Counted from the first letter of the stretch, positions 10,357 to 20,351 are shown. The stretch is 64,000 nt of DNA from Candidatus Aegiribacteria sp. (GCA_030620995.1 JAUXIK010000006.1:137-64136); one strand, 5' to 3'. Notes: a model not told the origin generated them from the letters alone. Numbers and translations: made by a program.

Positions 10357-11601
10357 ATGAGGAAACGTATTGTAATTACTGGAGTAGGTGCTATCAGTCC
10401 TGTTGGGTTGACAGTTCCTGAAAGCTGGGAGAGTACTCTGGCTGGACGGAGCGGGGTTACGAGAATGACCATTGTTGATCCGGAAGAGTTTCCCAGTCAG
10501 ATAGCTGGGGAAGTAAAGAATTTCGATCCTTTTGACTATTTAGATCCTAAACTTGCAAAGAGAACAGATAGATACACACAGTTCGCCATGATCGCATCCA
10601 GAGAGGCATTCGCTGATTCAGGTCTTAAGGGAAAGATCTCCCCTGAAAGGCTTGGTGTTATTGTTGGTTCGGGTATAGGCGGGATAACCACACTTGAGAG
10701 AGAGCATAAGGTTGCTCTGGAACGCGGTGTGCGTCGAATCAACCCGTTCTTCTGTCCGATGATGATCAGTAATATCGCAGCCGGAAGAGTAGGCATCGAT
10801 ATCTGCGCAAAGGGATTGAATTTTTCAACTGTAACCGCTTGTGCTTCAAGTGGACACGCTATTGCTGTCGCTACAGATATGATCAGACTCGGCAGGGCTG
10901 ACGCGATACTTGCGGGAGGATCGGAAGCTCCGTTGACTCTTACCGGAGTTGGTGGATTCTGTGCTCTTAAAGCTCTTTCAACCCGGAATGATGACCCTGA
11001 AACCGCATCAAGACCGTTTGATCGGGATAGAGATGGATTTGTAATCGCTGAGGGTGGCGCTGTAGTGATACTTGAGGAATTGGAACATGCTCTGAACAGA
11101 GGGGCTCATGTTTACGCTGAAGTTGTCGGGTCCGGAATGACCTGTGACGCTTTCCATATAACAGCCCCCTCTGAGGGTGGTGAAGGCTCAGCAAGAGCTA
11201 TGAAACTTGCCATGGAAGATGCCGGGATAGAACCTGAACAGGTTGATTACATCAATGCCCATGGAACATCCACGGTGCTTAATGACATAAACGAGACAAT
11301 AGCGATAAAAACAGCTCTTGGTGAGGAAAAAGCCAGAAGAATAGCGGTATCTTCAACTAAATCAGTTACCGGACACATGCTTGGAGCTGCCGGTGCGATA
11401 GAGGCAATATTTACATCTTTTGCTCTCAGCGAAGGAATTGTACCTCCCACCGCGACTCTGGTAAATCCTGATGAAGGGTGTGATCTGGATTATGTACCGG
11501 GCAGAGCCAGAGAAGCCGAATTGGTATATGCGCTATCCAATTCACTTGGTTTCGGTGGTCATAATGTCACACTTGCCCTGAAGAAGTACATGGGGAAGTA
11601 A
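10357..11601 (+). CDS. fabF: 3-oxoacyl-ACP synthase II
   Basis: Active-site 'TACASSGHAI', 'NAHGTST' and 'GHMLGAAG'. 414 aa. Confidence 0.9.
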   Translation: MRKRIVITGVGAISPVGLTVPESWESTLAGRSGVTRMTIVDPEEFPSQIAGEVKNFDPFDYLDPKLAKRTDRYTQFAMIASREAFADSGLKGKISPERLGVIVGSGIGGITTLEREHKVALERGVRRINPFFCPMMISNIAAGRVGIDICAKGLNFSTVTACASSGHAIAVATDMIRLGRADAILAGGSEAPLTLTGVGGFCALKALSTRNDDPETASRPFDRDRDGFVIAEGGAVVILEELEHALNRGAHVYAEVVGSGMTCDAFHITAPSEGGEGSARAMKLAMEDAGIEPEQVDYINAHGTSTVLNDINETIAIKTALGEEKARRIAVSSTKSVTGHMLGAAGAIEAIFTSFALSEGIVPPTATLVNPDEGCDLDYVPGRAREAELVYALSNSLGFGGHNVTLALKKYMGK

Positions 11602-11605
11602 TCAG

Positions 11606-12289
11606 ATGACCGGGCATCCGGTATCTGAGGTGGAGAAAATTCTCGGATACAGGTTCAGTAATCCAGACCTTCTCGAAAAAGCACTTACACACAGTTCCTG
11701 TACCGAAGGCAGTAGCTCCGGAGATAATTATGAAAGACTGGAGTTTCTTGGCGATGCCGTACTTGAACTGGTAACCAGAGAGTATCTTATGACTGAATAT
11801 CCTCAGGAGTCAGAGGGACATCTGACCAGGAGGAAAATCAAAATTGTCATGAAACAGAATCTGTCCGAACACGGACGCAGATTCGGATTGAATCGTTTCG
11901 TTCAGGTTGGGAATGGATTTGATGCATCTGAAGGAGCAATCGATACTATTGCCGCTGATGCTCTGGAGGCAATTATCGGGGCAATCTATCTGGATTCAGG
12001 TCTGAAGGCGGCGGAAGAATTTTTGCAGAGGGAGATTTTACAGAAATCTTCGGATATCAATCCCTTGCCTGACGCAAGGAGTGCTCTTCAGGAGTACTGT
12101 CAGGCAAAAGGGCTGACACTCCCTGAATACAGACTGGTTTCCAGTACCGGACCGGATCATAATCCTGTGTTTACTATTTCGGTCATTATTGATGGAGCAG
12201 AGGCTGGAACAGGTATCGGCCGAACGCGCAAGGCAGCCCGTGAAGCGGCAGCTGCCAGAGCGTTTGAATTTTTTGAGAGGATGGTTTGA
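11606..12289 (+). CDS. rnc: ribonuclease III
   Basis: Signature 'ERLEFLGDAVLEL' plus a C-terminal dsRBD 'GPDHNPVFTISVIIDG...GRTRKAAREAAA'. Confidence 0.9.
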   Translation: MTGHPVSEVEKILGYRFSNPDLLEKALTHSSCTEGSSSGDNYERLEFLGDAVLELVTREYLMTEYPQESEGHLTRRKIKIVMKQNLSEHGRRFGLNRFVQVGNGFDASEGAIDTIAADALEAIIGAIYLDSGLKAAEEFLQREILQKSSDINPLPDARSALQEYCQAKGLTLPEYRLVSSTGPDHNPVFTISVIIDGAEAGTGIGRTRKAAREAAAARAFEFFERMV

Positions 12290-12290
12290 T

Positions 12291-13463
12291 GTGAATTATT
12301 ACATTTCCGAAGAACTTAATGATATAAAGGAAATTTGTGCTGAAATTGCCGAGAAGTATATCGTTCCGATCAGAGCTGAGCTTGACGAAGAGAACCGTTT
12401 CCCGCGGGAAATAATGAAAATCATGGCTGAGAGTGATCTGCTTGGCATTTACATTCCGGAGGAGTACGGCGGATCAGCAGAGATGTTCGGTGGCGGTTCA
12501 ATGGCGCTTAGTGTTGCAACAGAGGAACTCAGCAGGGCATGCGGAGGAATTGCCGTATCCTATGCAGCGAATGCTCTTGGCGCAATGCCGATTCTGATTT
12601 CCGGTTCCGATGAACAGAAAAAGAAATATCTTCCCGACCTGGCATCCGGTGCAAAACTTGCAGCCTTCGCGCTTACCGAACCGGAAGCAGGAAGCGACGC
12701 GGGTGGAGTGAAGACCAAAGCGATAAAGGATGGTGATCACTACGTTCTCAATGGAACGAAACAGTGGATTACGAATGGCGGAGAGGCACAGATTTACACT
12801 GTTATTGCTCTGACAGATCCTTCCAGAGGTGCGAGGGGGCTTTCAGCCTTCATCGTTGAAGAGGGAACCCCGGGTTTCAGTTACGGCAAGAAGGAAGATA
12901 AGATGGGTATCAGGGCTTCCGCCACACGGGAGCTGATATTCGAAGATTGCAGAATTCAGGAGGAGAATCTCATTTCAAGAGAGGGCTACGGTTTCATAGT
13001 AGCCATGAAAACACTCAACAGATCGCGCCCAGGCGTGGCTTCCCAGGCAGTCGGCATCGCTCAGGGAGCGCTTGATGAAGCGGCTAAATATGCTTCTGAG
13101 CGAAAACAGTTCGGTCAGCGGATTGACTCTTTCCAGGGAATACAGTTCATGCTCGCCGATATGGCCACACAGGTTGAAGCGGCAAGGGCGCTCACGTACA
13201 GTGTTGCGAGAATGATCGATGCAGGAGAAAAGAAGTATGACAAGGAATCCGCAATGGCAAAAGTATTCGCCAGCGATGTCGCGATGAAAGTTTCTACTGA
13301 CGCTGTGCAGATTCTAGGCGGATACGGTTATATGAAGGAGTATCCTGTTGAAAAGATGATGCGCGACGCGAAGATCACTCAGATATATGAAGGCACGAAT
13401 CAGATTCAACGCAGCGTGATTGCTTCCGCGCTTATCAAGGAAACAGCGGCCAGGAGGAAATAG
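12291..13463 (+). CDS. acyl-CoA dehydrogenase (butyryl-CoA dehydrogenase-like)
   Basis: 'ALTEPEAGSD', 'KQWITNG' and 'YEGTNQIQR'. I start it at the in-frame GTG 12291, 1 nt after the rnc stop. The track ORF from 12189 overlaps rnc. Confidence 0.85.
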   Translation: MNYYISEELNDIKEICAEIAEKYIVPIRAELDEENRFPREIMKIMAESDLLGIYIPEEYGGSAEMFGGGSMALSVATEELSRACGGIAVSYAANALGAMPILISGSDEQKKKYLPDLASGAKLAAFALTEPEAGSDAGGVKTKAIKDGDHYVLNGTKQWITNGGEAQIYTVIALTDPSRGARGLSAFIVEEGTPGFSYGKKEDKMGIRASATRELIFEDCRIQEENLISREGYGFIVAMKTLNRSRPGVASQAVGIAQGALDEAAKYASERKQFGQRIDSFQGIQFMLADMATQVEAARALTYSVARMIDAGEKKYDKESAMAKVFASDVAMKVSTDAVQILGGYGYMKEYPVEKMMRDAKITQIYEGTNQIQRSVIASALIKETAARRK

Positions 13464-13465
13464 TC

Positions 13466-14251
13466 ATGCGGATAGTTGTGGCGGTAAAACAGGTTCCGGA
13501 TACTGCTGAGGTGCGGATAGACGAAGAGCGGGGAACTCTCATCCGTGAGGGAATTCCCTCGATCCTCAATCCCTTCGATGCGTATGCTCTTGAGGAAGCT
13601 TTTAAATGGAGGGATGAACTGGGCGGAACCGTAATTGTCGTTTCAATGGGTCCTCCACAGGCGGAGGCGGTGCTTCGCGAAGCGGTTTCCATGGGAGCTG
13701 ACGAAGCTGTACTTCTTTCGGACAGAGCATTTGCGGGAGCTGATACATGGGCAACCAGCCATACTCTGGCTACGGCTGTGGAGAAAATAGGTGACATTGA
13801 TATTGTCTTGACCGGCAAACAGGCGATTGACGGTGATACCGCTCAAACCGGTCCCAGCATTGCAGCATCACTGGACTGGCCTCAGATAACCTTTGTAGGG
13901 AAGGTCAGAGAGCTTACCGGGAAACACATCATAGCTGAACGATACGTTGAGGGCGGCAGTGAAGTGATCAAGTCGTCACTTCCCGTTGTCGTTACCGTTC
14001 TCAAAGACGCGAATATCCCGAGGCTTCCATCGCTCAAAGGAAAAATGAAGGCGAGAAAAATAGAGATTCCCGTATGGGGAAAAGATGATCTCGAACTCTC
14101 TGAGGGAGAGGTGGGGCTTGATGGTTCACCTACCAGAGTTGTGAGCATAGCAACTCCGGAAATTTTCACAGATGGACAGATACATCATGGGGAGCCTGAA
14201 GAACTGGCAAAACTCATGGCTGACAGCCTGCTTGGAACGGAGGTTTCCTGA
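13466..14251 (+). CDS. etfB: electron transfer flavoprotein, beta subunit
   Basis: 'MRIVVAVKQVPD' and 'NPFDAYALEEA'. 261 aa. Sits between the acyl-CoA DH and etfA. Confidence 0.85.
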   Translation: MRIVVAVKQVPDTAEVRIDEERGTLIREGIPSILNPFDAYALEEAFKWRDELGGTVIVVSMGPPQAEAVLREAVSMGADEAVLLSDRAFAGADTWATSHTLATAVEKIGDIDIVLTGKQAIDGDTAQTGPSIAASLDWPQITFVGKVRELTGKHIIAERYVEGGSEVIKSSLPVVVTVLKDANIPRLPSLKGKMKARKIEIPVWGKDDLELSEGEVGLDGSPTRVVSIATPEIFTDGQIHHGEPEELAKLMADSLLGTEVS

Positions 14252-15444
14252 TGGCAAGCATAGAAGTGCGTAAGGAAACCTGCGTGGGGTGTGGAGCCTG
14301 CGTACCGGCCTGTCCTTTCGGAGCCATCTCCATGGAGGATGATCTTGCCGTTATCAGTGATGATTGTACGCTCTGCGGTGCCTGTGAGTCTTCCTGCTCT
14401 TTTGGAGCTATTATCATTCGCACAGGTGAAACCGACGGTACCTGTATCAGCGATTACTCCGGGGTAATGGTCATTTCCGAACACCGCGACGGGATTGTAG
14501 ATCACAGTACTCTTGAACTCCTTGGCGAAGCGAAAAGACTAGTCGAGGTAGACGGCAGCGTCGTGTCAGTTGCCCTGCTTACTGAAAAAGGAGGGGAATG
14601 GCCGGAGAAGCTTATTCATTATGGTGCTGACAGAGTATATATCGCTGAAGATCCCGTATTCAAACATTACAGGACGGAACCTTTTTCGCGAACGGTTGAG
14701 AAACTGATTAAACAGAAGAAACCGGCTATAGTCCTTGCCGCGGCAACAACCACAGGCCGGGATCTCATGCCGAGAATCGCGAAGAATCTTAATACGGGGC
14801 TTACAGCTGACTGTACAGAACTTGCGATTGATCCGGAAACAGGCGGTCTGCTTCAGACAAGACCTGCCTTTGGCGGGAATATTCTGGCTACAATTGTTTG
14901 TGCGGATACCAGGCCCCAGATGGCAACTGTCAGGCCAAGAGTCATGAAAGCCCTTGAGTTCGATGGAAACCGCAATGGAGAAATCGAGAAAATTGAACTG
15001 ACTCCCGAAGACCTGAAAAGCAGAACCGAAGTGCTGGAGTTCAATCCTCTGGATGAAGGGGAAGTCGATATCACAGAGGCCGAGATAATAGTAGCAGGTG
15101 GAAGAGGGCTCAAGAATCCAGAGAACTTCGCTCTCCTGGAGGAACTGGCTGACCTTCTGGACGGCAGCATAGGAGCGAGCCGGGCGGCAATCGACTCCGG
15201 ATGGATTTCCTATCCTCATCAGGTCGGTCAGACAGGTAAAACCGTGCAGCCGAAAACCTATTTAGCCTTCGGAATATCCGGCGCAGTTCAGCACAGGGTC
15301 GGCATGCAGTCCTCCGACCGGATATTTGCCGTCAATAAGGACGCTACCGCGCCGATCTTCGAGTTCTGTGACGAGGGTTATGTTGGTGACCTCTTCGAGA
15401 TAATCCCGCTGCTTATCAAGGAGATCAAGCGCAGAAGAAAGTAG
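14251..15444 (+). CDS. etfA: electron transfer flavoprotein, alpha subunit with N-terminal 2x[4Fe-4S] ferredoxin domain
   Basis: Two CxxCxxCxxxC(P) motifs ('CVGCGACVPACP', 'CTLCGACESSCS') precede the Etf alpha core ('VAGGRG', 'QVGQTGK', 'AFGISGAVQH'). Confidence 0.85.
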   Translation: MASIEVRKETCVGCGACVPACPFGAISMEDDLAVISDDCTLCGACESSCSFGAIIIRTGETDGTCISDYSGVMVISEHRDGIVDHSTLELLGEAKRLVEVDGSVVSVALLTEKGGEWPEKLIHYGADRVYIAEDPVFKHYRTEPFSRTVEKLIKQKKPAIVLAAATTTGRDLMPRIAKNLNTGLTADCTELAIDPETGGLLQTRPAFGGNILATIVCADTRPQMATVRPRVMKALEFDGNRNGEIEKIELTPEDLKSRTEVLEFNPLDEGEVDITEAEIIVAGGRGLKNPENFALLEELADLLDGSIGASRAAIDSGWISYPHQVGQTGKTVQPKTYLAFGISGAVQHRVGMQSSDRIFAVNKDATAPIFEFCDEGYVGDLFEIIPLLIKEIKRRRK

Positions 15445-15518
15445 TCCTCCTGTTCAGAGAACTACCAAGATCCATTGCGTGAAGTCAGATCAGTCAAACA
15501 ATTAGAAACAGTGGTAAT

Positions 15519-18320
15519 ATGCAGAAAGATAACAGCGGATCAGCACTTATGGAGAACACTGATTATTACCGTTTGACTCCGCGGGAAACCCTTGAAAGCC
15601 TTGGTTCTTCCGAAAAGGGATTATCCAGAAAGACCGCTGAAAAGATACATTCTCGGGTGGGTTCCAACGAAATTGTCGCAGATGTAACCGTTCCAAAATG
15701 GATGGTTTTTCTAAAGCAGTTCCGGGACCTGCTGGTTCTTGTACTTATAGTGGCGGGAATCGTTTCAATTGCCATAGGCAGTTACCGTGATGGCGCCGTA
15801 ATGTTCGTAATAGTCATTATCAACGCAATTATCGGTTTCATTCAGGAGTACAAAGCCGCGAAGATACTGGAGCGGCTGAAGGAGCTCATCAAATCTCCCG
15901 CTAAAGTAATGGTTGACGGGGAGCTTACGGAGATAGCCCAGGGCATGCTTGTGCCCGGGGATATAGTTGAAGTTGAGGCAGGGGACAGGATTCCCGCCGA
16001 TATCAGGCTTCTTGAATCTTTCGACTTCCGAACTGTCGAATTTTCACTTACAGGTGAATCCATGCCCCAGGAGAAGCATACAAACGCTATCAGAGACAAA
16101 TGCATAATATCCGATCAGGAAAACATGGCATTCATGGGTACAACGGTAGCGACGGGCAGCGCAACAGGAATTGTTGTCAGAACCGGTATGGCCACCGAGA
16201 TGGGCAAGATAGCAAGCATGACCCTTGAAACGGCTGCTGTTAAATCCCCTCTGCAGAAGGAACTGGGAATCCTGGCAAAATGGCTGACCTTAATAGTCGT
16301 TGTTCTCAGCATCGGGCTCTTCGGAGTGGCTCTCTGGCAGGGATTTCCGGTTGTGACAAGTATGATACTTGCTCTTGGTGTTGCTGTTGCTTCAGTTCCA
16401 CAGGCACTTCCCGCCCAGGTAACCGTCGCTCTTACCGCTGCCAGTAAAAGGCTTGCTGACCGAAAAGCTGTCGTTAAAAGTCTTCCATCTATTGAGACCC
16501 TGGGTTCAACTACAGTTATCTGTACGGACAAAACAGGCACCCTTACTAAAAACGAAATGACCGTAACGAAGGTCTGGTTCGACCGAAGTGAATACGAGCT
16601 TACAGGAATAGGATACAGGCCGGAGGGCACGATACTTGATTCGAATGGCAACCCTCTAACCGAAGAAGATATAGATGAAATAGAGATAATGATGGATGCC
16701 GCAACGATGGCGTCCAATGCTGAAATACACTCTCCGGATGAAGATCATAAAAGCTGGTATCCAGTTGGAGACCCGACTGAGGCTGCCCTTGTAACCATGT
16801 CCACAAAACTGGGAACCAGAAGTCCAGGTGAGGACGAGGAGAATCCTGAGATTCACGAATTTCCCTTTGATTCCGAAAGAAAGAGGATGAGTTCCGTACG
16901 GAAATTCGGCGACAGGATTGAACTGGCCATGAAGGGCGCAACGGACAGTGTTCTTGCCATTTCGAAGTACATTTACAGGAACGGTAAAGCCGTACCCATT
17001 ACCGATGAGGACAAAGAACGGATAAGGGCTGTCAACGAGGAGTATTCCAACCAGGCACTGAGGGTATTGGCTATTGCCTTCCGACCCCTCGAATTGAATG
17101 GAAGTGATTACGTACTGGAGGAGATTGAGAAAGATGTCGTCTTCCTGGGCCTTGTGGGAATGACCGATCCCCCAAAAGAGGGAGTGAGAGAGGCTATAGC
17201 CGCATGTCGTGAGGCCAGAGTAAGAATAGTAATCATGACCGGAGATCATGCCATAACCGCAAAGGCGGTTGGCAGGGAGATCGGCCTGTGCCGGTCGGGG
17301 GAACCCTCCGTTTACATAGGGGAACAGCTGGAAGACATGAACGATGAGGAGCTTACACGGATTCTCATGACGGATGATTCGGTGATATTTTCAAGGGTGA
17401 GTCCTGCGCACAAACTCAGAATCGTCAATATTCTTGAGGATCAGGATGAGGTGGTAGCTGTAACAGGCGACGGCGTCAACGATGCTCCCGCGCTCAAGCG
17501 GGCGGATATAGGTGTTGCCATGGGAATTACAGGAACCGATGTTGCTAAGGAAGCTGCCGAACTGATACTCCTTGATGACAGCTTCCCGACCCTGGTGGAG
17601 GCTATCAGGGAAGGAAGGACGATCTACAGTAATCTCAAGAAAACCGTTCTTGCTTCAATGACCACGAATGCCGCCGAACTTGCCATCGTAATACTCGGGC
17701 TTACCGCGGTTGCCCTGGACAACTGGGCAATACCAATCCTTGCCCTTCAGATCCTTGCAATCGATCTCCTCGCGGAAGTAATGCCCCTTACGTGCCTAAC
17801 CTTTGATCCCTCAGCAAAGGGTATCATGCATATATCCCCCAGAAAACAGTGCGATCATATAATGAACAGGCAGTCATCCATGGAGGTGTTGTTCCTCGGA
17901 GTACTGATTGGCGGGCTCGCTTTCGGCAATTACGCGCTCAGTATGTTCCGGACCGGGGAGATTTTTCCCTCACACATGGCTGCATTTCCGGCTGAATATC
18001 TCAGGGCGACAACAATTGCTTATCTGACAATCGCTTTCTGTCAGTTCGCCAATGTGTTATCCCGGAGATATAAACTTACCTCCGTCTTTAACAGGAATTT
18101 CTTCAATAACAGAATTCTGCTCTGGTCAATTCTGGGATCTATCGGTCTTATACTTACGGCAGTATATGTGCCGTTGATAAGCGGGTTTTTGTACTTCAGC
18201 AGTCCCGGAATGATTGACTGGCTGTTCGTTATTGGTGCAGCACTGATATTCCTGGGCGTATTCGAGGTGATGAAATTTCGCAGACGGATGAAGTATGAGA
18301 AGACAACTGTCCTCAGCTGA
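15519..18320 (+). CDS. P-type cation-transporting ATPase (type II-like; ion unknown)
   Basis: 'ICTDKTGTLT', 'TGES', 'MTGDH' and 'VTGDGVNDAPALKRADIGVAMG'. 933 aa with about 10 TM segments. Confidence 0.85.
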   Translation: MQKDNSGSALMENTDYYRLTPRETLESLGSSEKGLSRKTAEKIHSRVGSNEIVADVTVPKWMVFLKQFRDLLVLVLIVAGIVSIAIGSYRDGAVMFVIVIINAIIGFIQEYKAAKILERLKELIKSPAKVMVDGELTEIAQGMLVPGDIVEVEAGDRIPADIRLLESFDFRTVEFSLTGESMPQEKHTNAIRDKCIISDQENMAFMGTTVATGSATGIVVRTGMATEMGKIASMTLETAAVKSPLQKELGILAKWLTLIVVVLSIGLFGVALWQGFPVVTSMILALGVAVASVPQALPAQVTVALTAASKRLADRKAVVKSLPSIETLGSTTVICTDKTGTLTKNEMTVTKVWFDRSEYELTGIGYRPEGTILDSNGNPLTEEDIDEIEIMMDAATMASNAEIHSPDEDHKSWYPVGDPTEAALVTMSTKLGTRSPGEDEENPEIHEFPFDSERKRMSSVRKFGDRIELAMKGATDSVLAISKYIYRNGKAVPITDEDKERIRAVNEEYSNQALRVLAIAFRPLELNGSDYVLEEIEKDVVFLGLVGMTDPPKEGVREAIAACREARVRIVIMTGDHAITAKAVGREIGLCRSGEPSVYIGEQLEDMNDEELTRILMTDDSVIFSRVSPAHKLRIVNILEDQDEVVAVTGDGVNDAPALKRADIGVAMGITGTDVAKEAAELILLDDSFPTLVEAIREGRTIYSNLKKTVLASMTTNAAELAIVILGLTAVALDNWAIPILALQILAIDLLAEVMPLTCLTFDPSAKGIMHISPRKQCDHIMNRQSSMEVLFLGVLIGGLAFGNYALSMFRTGEIFPSHMAAFPAEYLRATTIAYLTIAFCQFANVLSRRYKLTSVFNRNFFNNRILLWSILGSIGLILTAVYVPLISGFLYFSSPGMIDWLFVIGAALIFLGVFEVMKFRRRMKYEKTTVLS

Positions 18321-18341
18321 ACTGATTCCCACGCTGATTGA

Positions 18342-19328
18342 ATGTTCGATAGATTCGCTATGTCCAGCCTGATAGAGAAGACTGCGATTCTGCATGTTCA
18401 TACAGACGCATCTGATGGAACTGCTTCCATAACTGAAGTGATCGAGGAAGCCAGATCAGCGCATGTGGATATACTCGGTATTAACGATCATAACACTCTT
18501 CAAGCCAGGGATGAGGGCTTCGGAGGCTGGCACGACGATCTCTATGTGCTGGTGGGAGCTGAACTCGAAGATCAGTATGAGAATAATCACCTGCTTGTAT
18601 ATGGTGTTGACAGGCTCCCTGATTCCCATGATACCGGGGAACAGATACTTTTCGTGAACAGAAGCGGCGGGATCTGTATTGCAGCTCATCCAACAGAAAC
18701 CGCGGGAAAGCTGCGCGGAACTCAAAGTTATCCATGGACACTTGAAAATATATCCGGATTATCGGGTGTTGAAATCTGGAATTACATGTCCGAATGGAAG
18801 GCTGGAATAAGTATTTTCAACGCCCCCTTGAAGCTTCTGTCTCCGGACAGGTATGTGGAACATCCGGATCCTGCCGCGGTAGAGTTATGGGAAGTTACCG
18901 GAGGTTGCGTGATCGGAGGCCCTGACGCGCATGCATTCAGATATGGATTTGGACCGTTTATAATTAATGTCTTTCCCTACGGAATGCTGTTCGAAAGGCT
19001 AAGAACGCATATACTTCTTGATAGGGAATTGTCAGATTCGAGCAATGAAGCTGAGATTCAACTAATCAACGCGCTTAGAACTGGCAGATGCTTTATCAGT
19101 AACCATTTGTATGGAGACGCAACAGGATTCAGAGCTTCGAGAACTGATGGTGAAATAGTGATTGATCTTCCGGGAAAGGGAGAAATAGTGATAGAGAGAT
19201 CTGGAAGGATCGCAGGAAGAAGAGTTTGCTCTCCTGGAAGACATAGATTTGAAATCGCTGCGGATGGCAGATTTTACGTATCGGTTATCAGGGAAGGAAG
19301 AACATGGATTTCCTGCGGAATCTCCTGA
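18342..19328 (+). CDS. PHP-domain (polymerase/histidinol-phosphatase-like) metal hydrolase
   Basis: 'LHVHTDASDGTAS', 'GINDHNT' and 'IAAHP'. Confidence 0.7.
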   Translation: MFDRFAMSSLIEKTAILHVHTDASDGTASITEVIEEARSAHVDILGINDHNTLQARDEGFGGWHDDLYVLVGAELEDQYENNHLLVYGVDRLPDSHDTGEQILFVNRSGGICIAAHPTETAGKLRGTQSYPWTLENISGLSGVEIWNYMSEWKAGISIFNAPLKLLSPDRYVEHPDPAAVELWEVTGGCVIGGPDAHAFRYGFGPFIINVFPYGMLFERLRTHILLDRELSDSSNEAEIQLINALRTGRCFISNHLYGDATGFRASRTDGEIVIDLPGKGEIVIERSGRIAGRRVCSPGRHRFEIAADGRFYVSVIREGRTWISCGIS

Positions 19329-19786
19329 TTGCTGCTGTTATTCTGTCTTTGTCTTCGGTTGTCCCTGCAACGCCCATTGATACCGCATGGGACCTGCTTT
19401 ACGCTGTGGAGAGTCGAGATGGGCAATGGTTTCTCGATCTGATGTCGGAAAGTCTTCATGTTCAGATTGAAATGAGATTTGAACAGCTTCAGGAACTTGC
19501 TGAGAATGAGCCTGATATGGCAGAAGAACTCGTCCGATATGCAGGTCTGTCGATTACCGTATATGATTTGTTATGGATGACATCAGCAGATTTCATTTCC
19601 ATGGTGCTTGAAAGTACTTCTATTCCACCGCTGGGTAACATTGTATCCGAAGAAGCCTCCTTGAACGGCCGCAATGCAACCGTTGTCTTCAAATGGTCTT
19701 CAGGTTATTCTCTGAATCTGCAGGTGACCTGGGAAGAATCCTCCTGGAAAGTAAACGGATCTTCTATTCTGGAACGAGTTTTCTGA
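19304..19786 (+). CDS. secreted hypothetical protein
   Basis: RBS GGAAGGAAG. Signal peptide 'MDFLRNLLIAAVILSLSSVVPA'. Overlaps the PHP gene by 25 nt. Confidence 0.55.
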   Translation: MDFLRNLLIAAVILSLSSVVPATPIDTAWDLLYAVESRDGQWFLDLMSESLHVQIEMRFEQLQELAENEPDMAEELVRYAGLSITVYDLLWMTSADFISMVLESTSIPPLGNIVSEEASLNGRNATVVFKWSSGYSLNLQVTWEESSWKVNGSSILERVF

Positions 19787-19801
19787 TACCCTTTCAGTCT
19801 G

Positions 19802-19831
19802 TTGACTTTGCGGAGATTTCATTTGTAGTAT
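19802..19831 (+). promoter_or_regulatory. candidate sigma70-type promoter (TTGACT-N18-TAGTAT)
   Basis: ttgact at 19802-19807 and tagtat at 19826-19831, about 90 nt upstream of the lipoprotein gene. Confidence 0.3.
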
Positions 19832-19921
19832 ACTTCAGTTCTATTTAATTCATCAGGGGTTGCAGAATTCCATCTTTCTGGAAACATGTACTGCTCCTAA
19901 ATACTCAATCGGAGGTTGAAA

Positions 19922-20284
19922 ATGCGTAAATTTCTTGCTGTTCTTAGTATTGCCGGACTTGTCATTATGGCTTGTGGCGGCGGTGGTGCAGGTAATCCTG
20001 AGGATGCCGTAACAGGCTTTTATGATGCTCTAAAGGGTGGCGACATCGATAAGGCATCGGAATTTATCGCGGGTGGAATTCCAGAGGAAGTACGTCCAAT
20101 GTACGCTGATATAGGTCCAGCGATGGAAATGTTGGAATTCGAAGTTACCGGCAGCGAAATTGCTGAAGATGGTGAAAGCGCTGTTGTATTCACTTCAACA
20201 GGATTCATGGGCGAAGTTCAGGAAGACGAAGTTGAATGCGTAATTGAAGATGGCGCATGGAAAATGGTTGGTACGGGCTTCTAG
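19922..20284 (+). CDS. small lipoprotein (DUF4878-like)
   Basis: ATG at 19922 lies 6 nt after GGAGG. Lipobox in 'LSIAGLVIMAC-GGGG'. Confidence 0.6.
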   Translation: MRKFLAVLSIAGLVIMACGGGGAGNPEDAVTGFYDALKGGDIDKASEFIAGGIPEEVRPMYADIGPAMEMLEFEVTGSEIAEDGESAVVFTSTGFMGEVQEDEVECVIEDGAWKMVGTGF

Positions 20285-20310
20285 GGCATCGGACCAAATA
20301 GTTTAAGTAA

Positions 20311-20347
20311 AAAAGGAGACCGAGGAAATTATCCTCGGTCTCTTTCT
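20311..20347. terminator. bidirectional rho-independent terminator
   Basis: 10-bp stem gagaccgagg/cctcggtctc (20316-20325 / 20333-20342) with a 7-nt loop. AAAA lies upstream and TTTCT downstream. Confidence 0.7.
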
Positions 20348-20351
20348 GTAT

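Noticed and set aside
12189-12290. N-terminal 34-codon extension of the acyl-CoA dehydrogenase ORF
   Set aside because: It lies entirely inside the rnc coding region in another frame. An in-frame GTG at 12291 directly follows the rnc stop and gives a normal ACAD N-terminus.
14566-15219. 217-aa antisense ORF inside etfA. Similar long shadow ORFs are 16115..16717, 16656..17249, 35340..35858, 44859..45347, 50242..50838, 55814..56422 and 62571..63119.
   Set aside because: Each overlaps a gene with clear family motifs on the other strand or frame. They have no RBS or recognisable domain, and their composition (Ser/Arg/Pro-rich) is typical of antisense frames.
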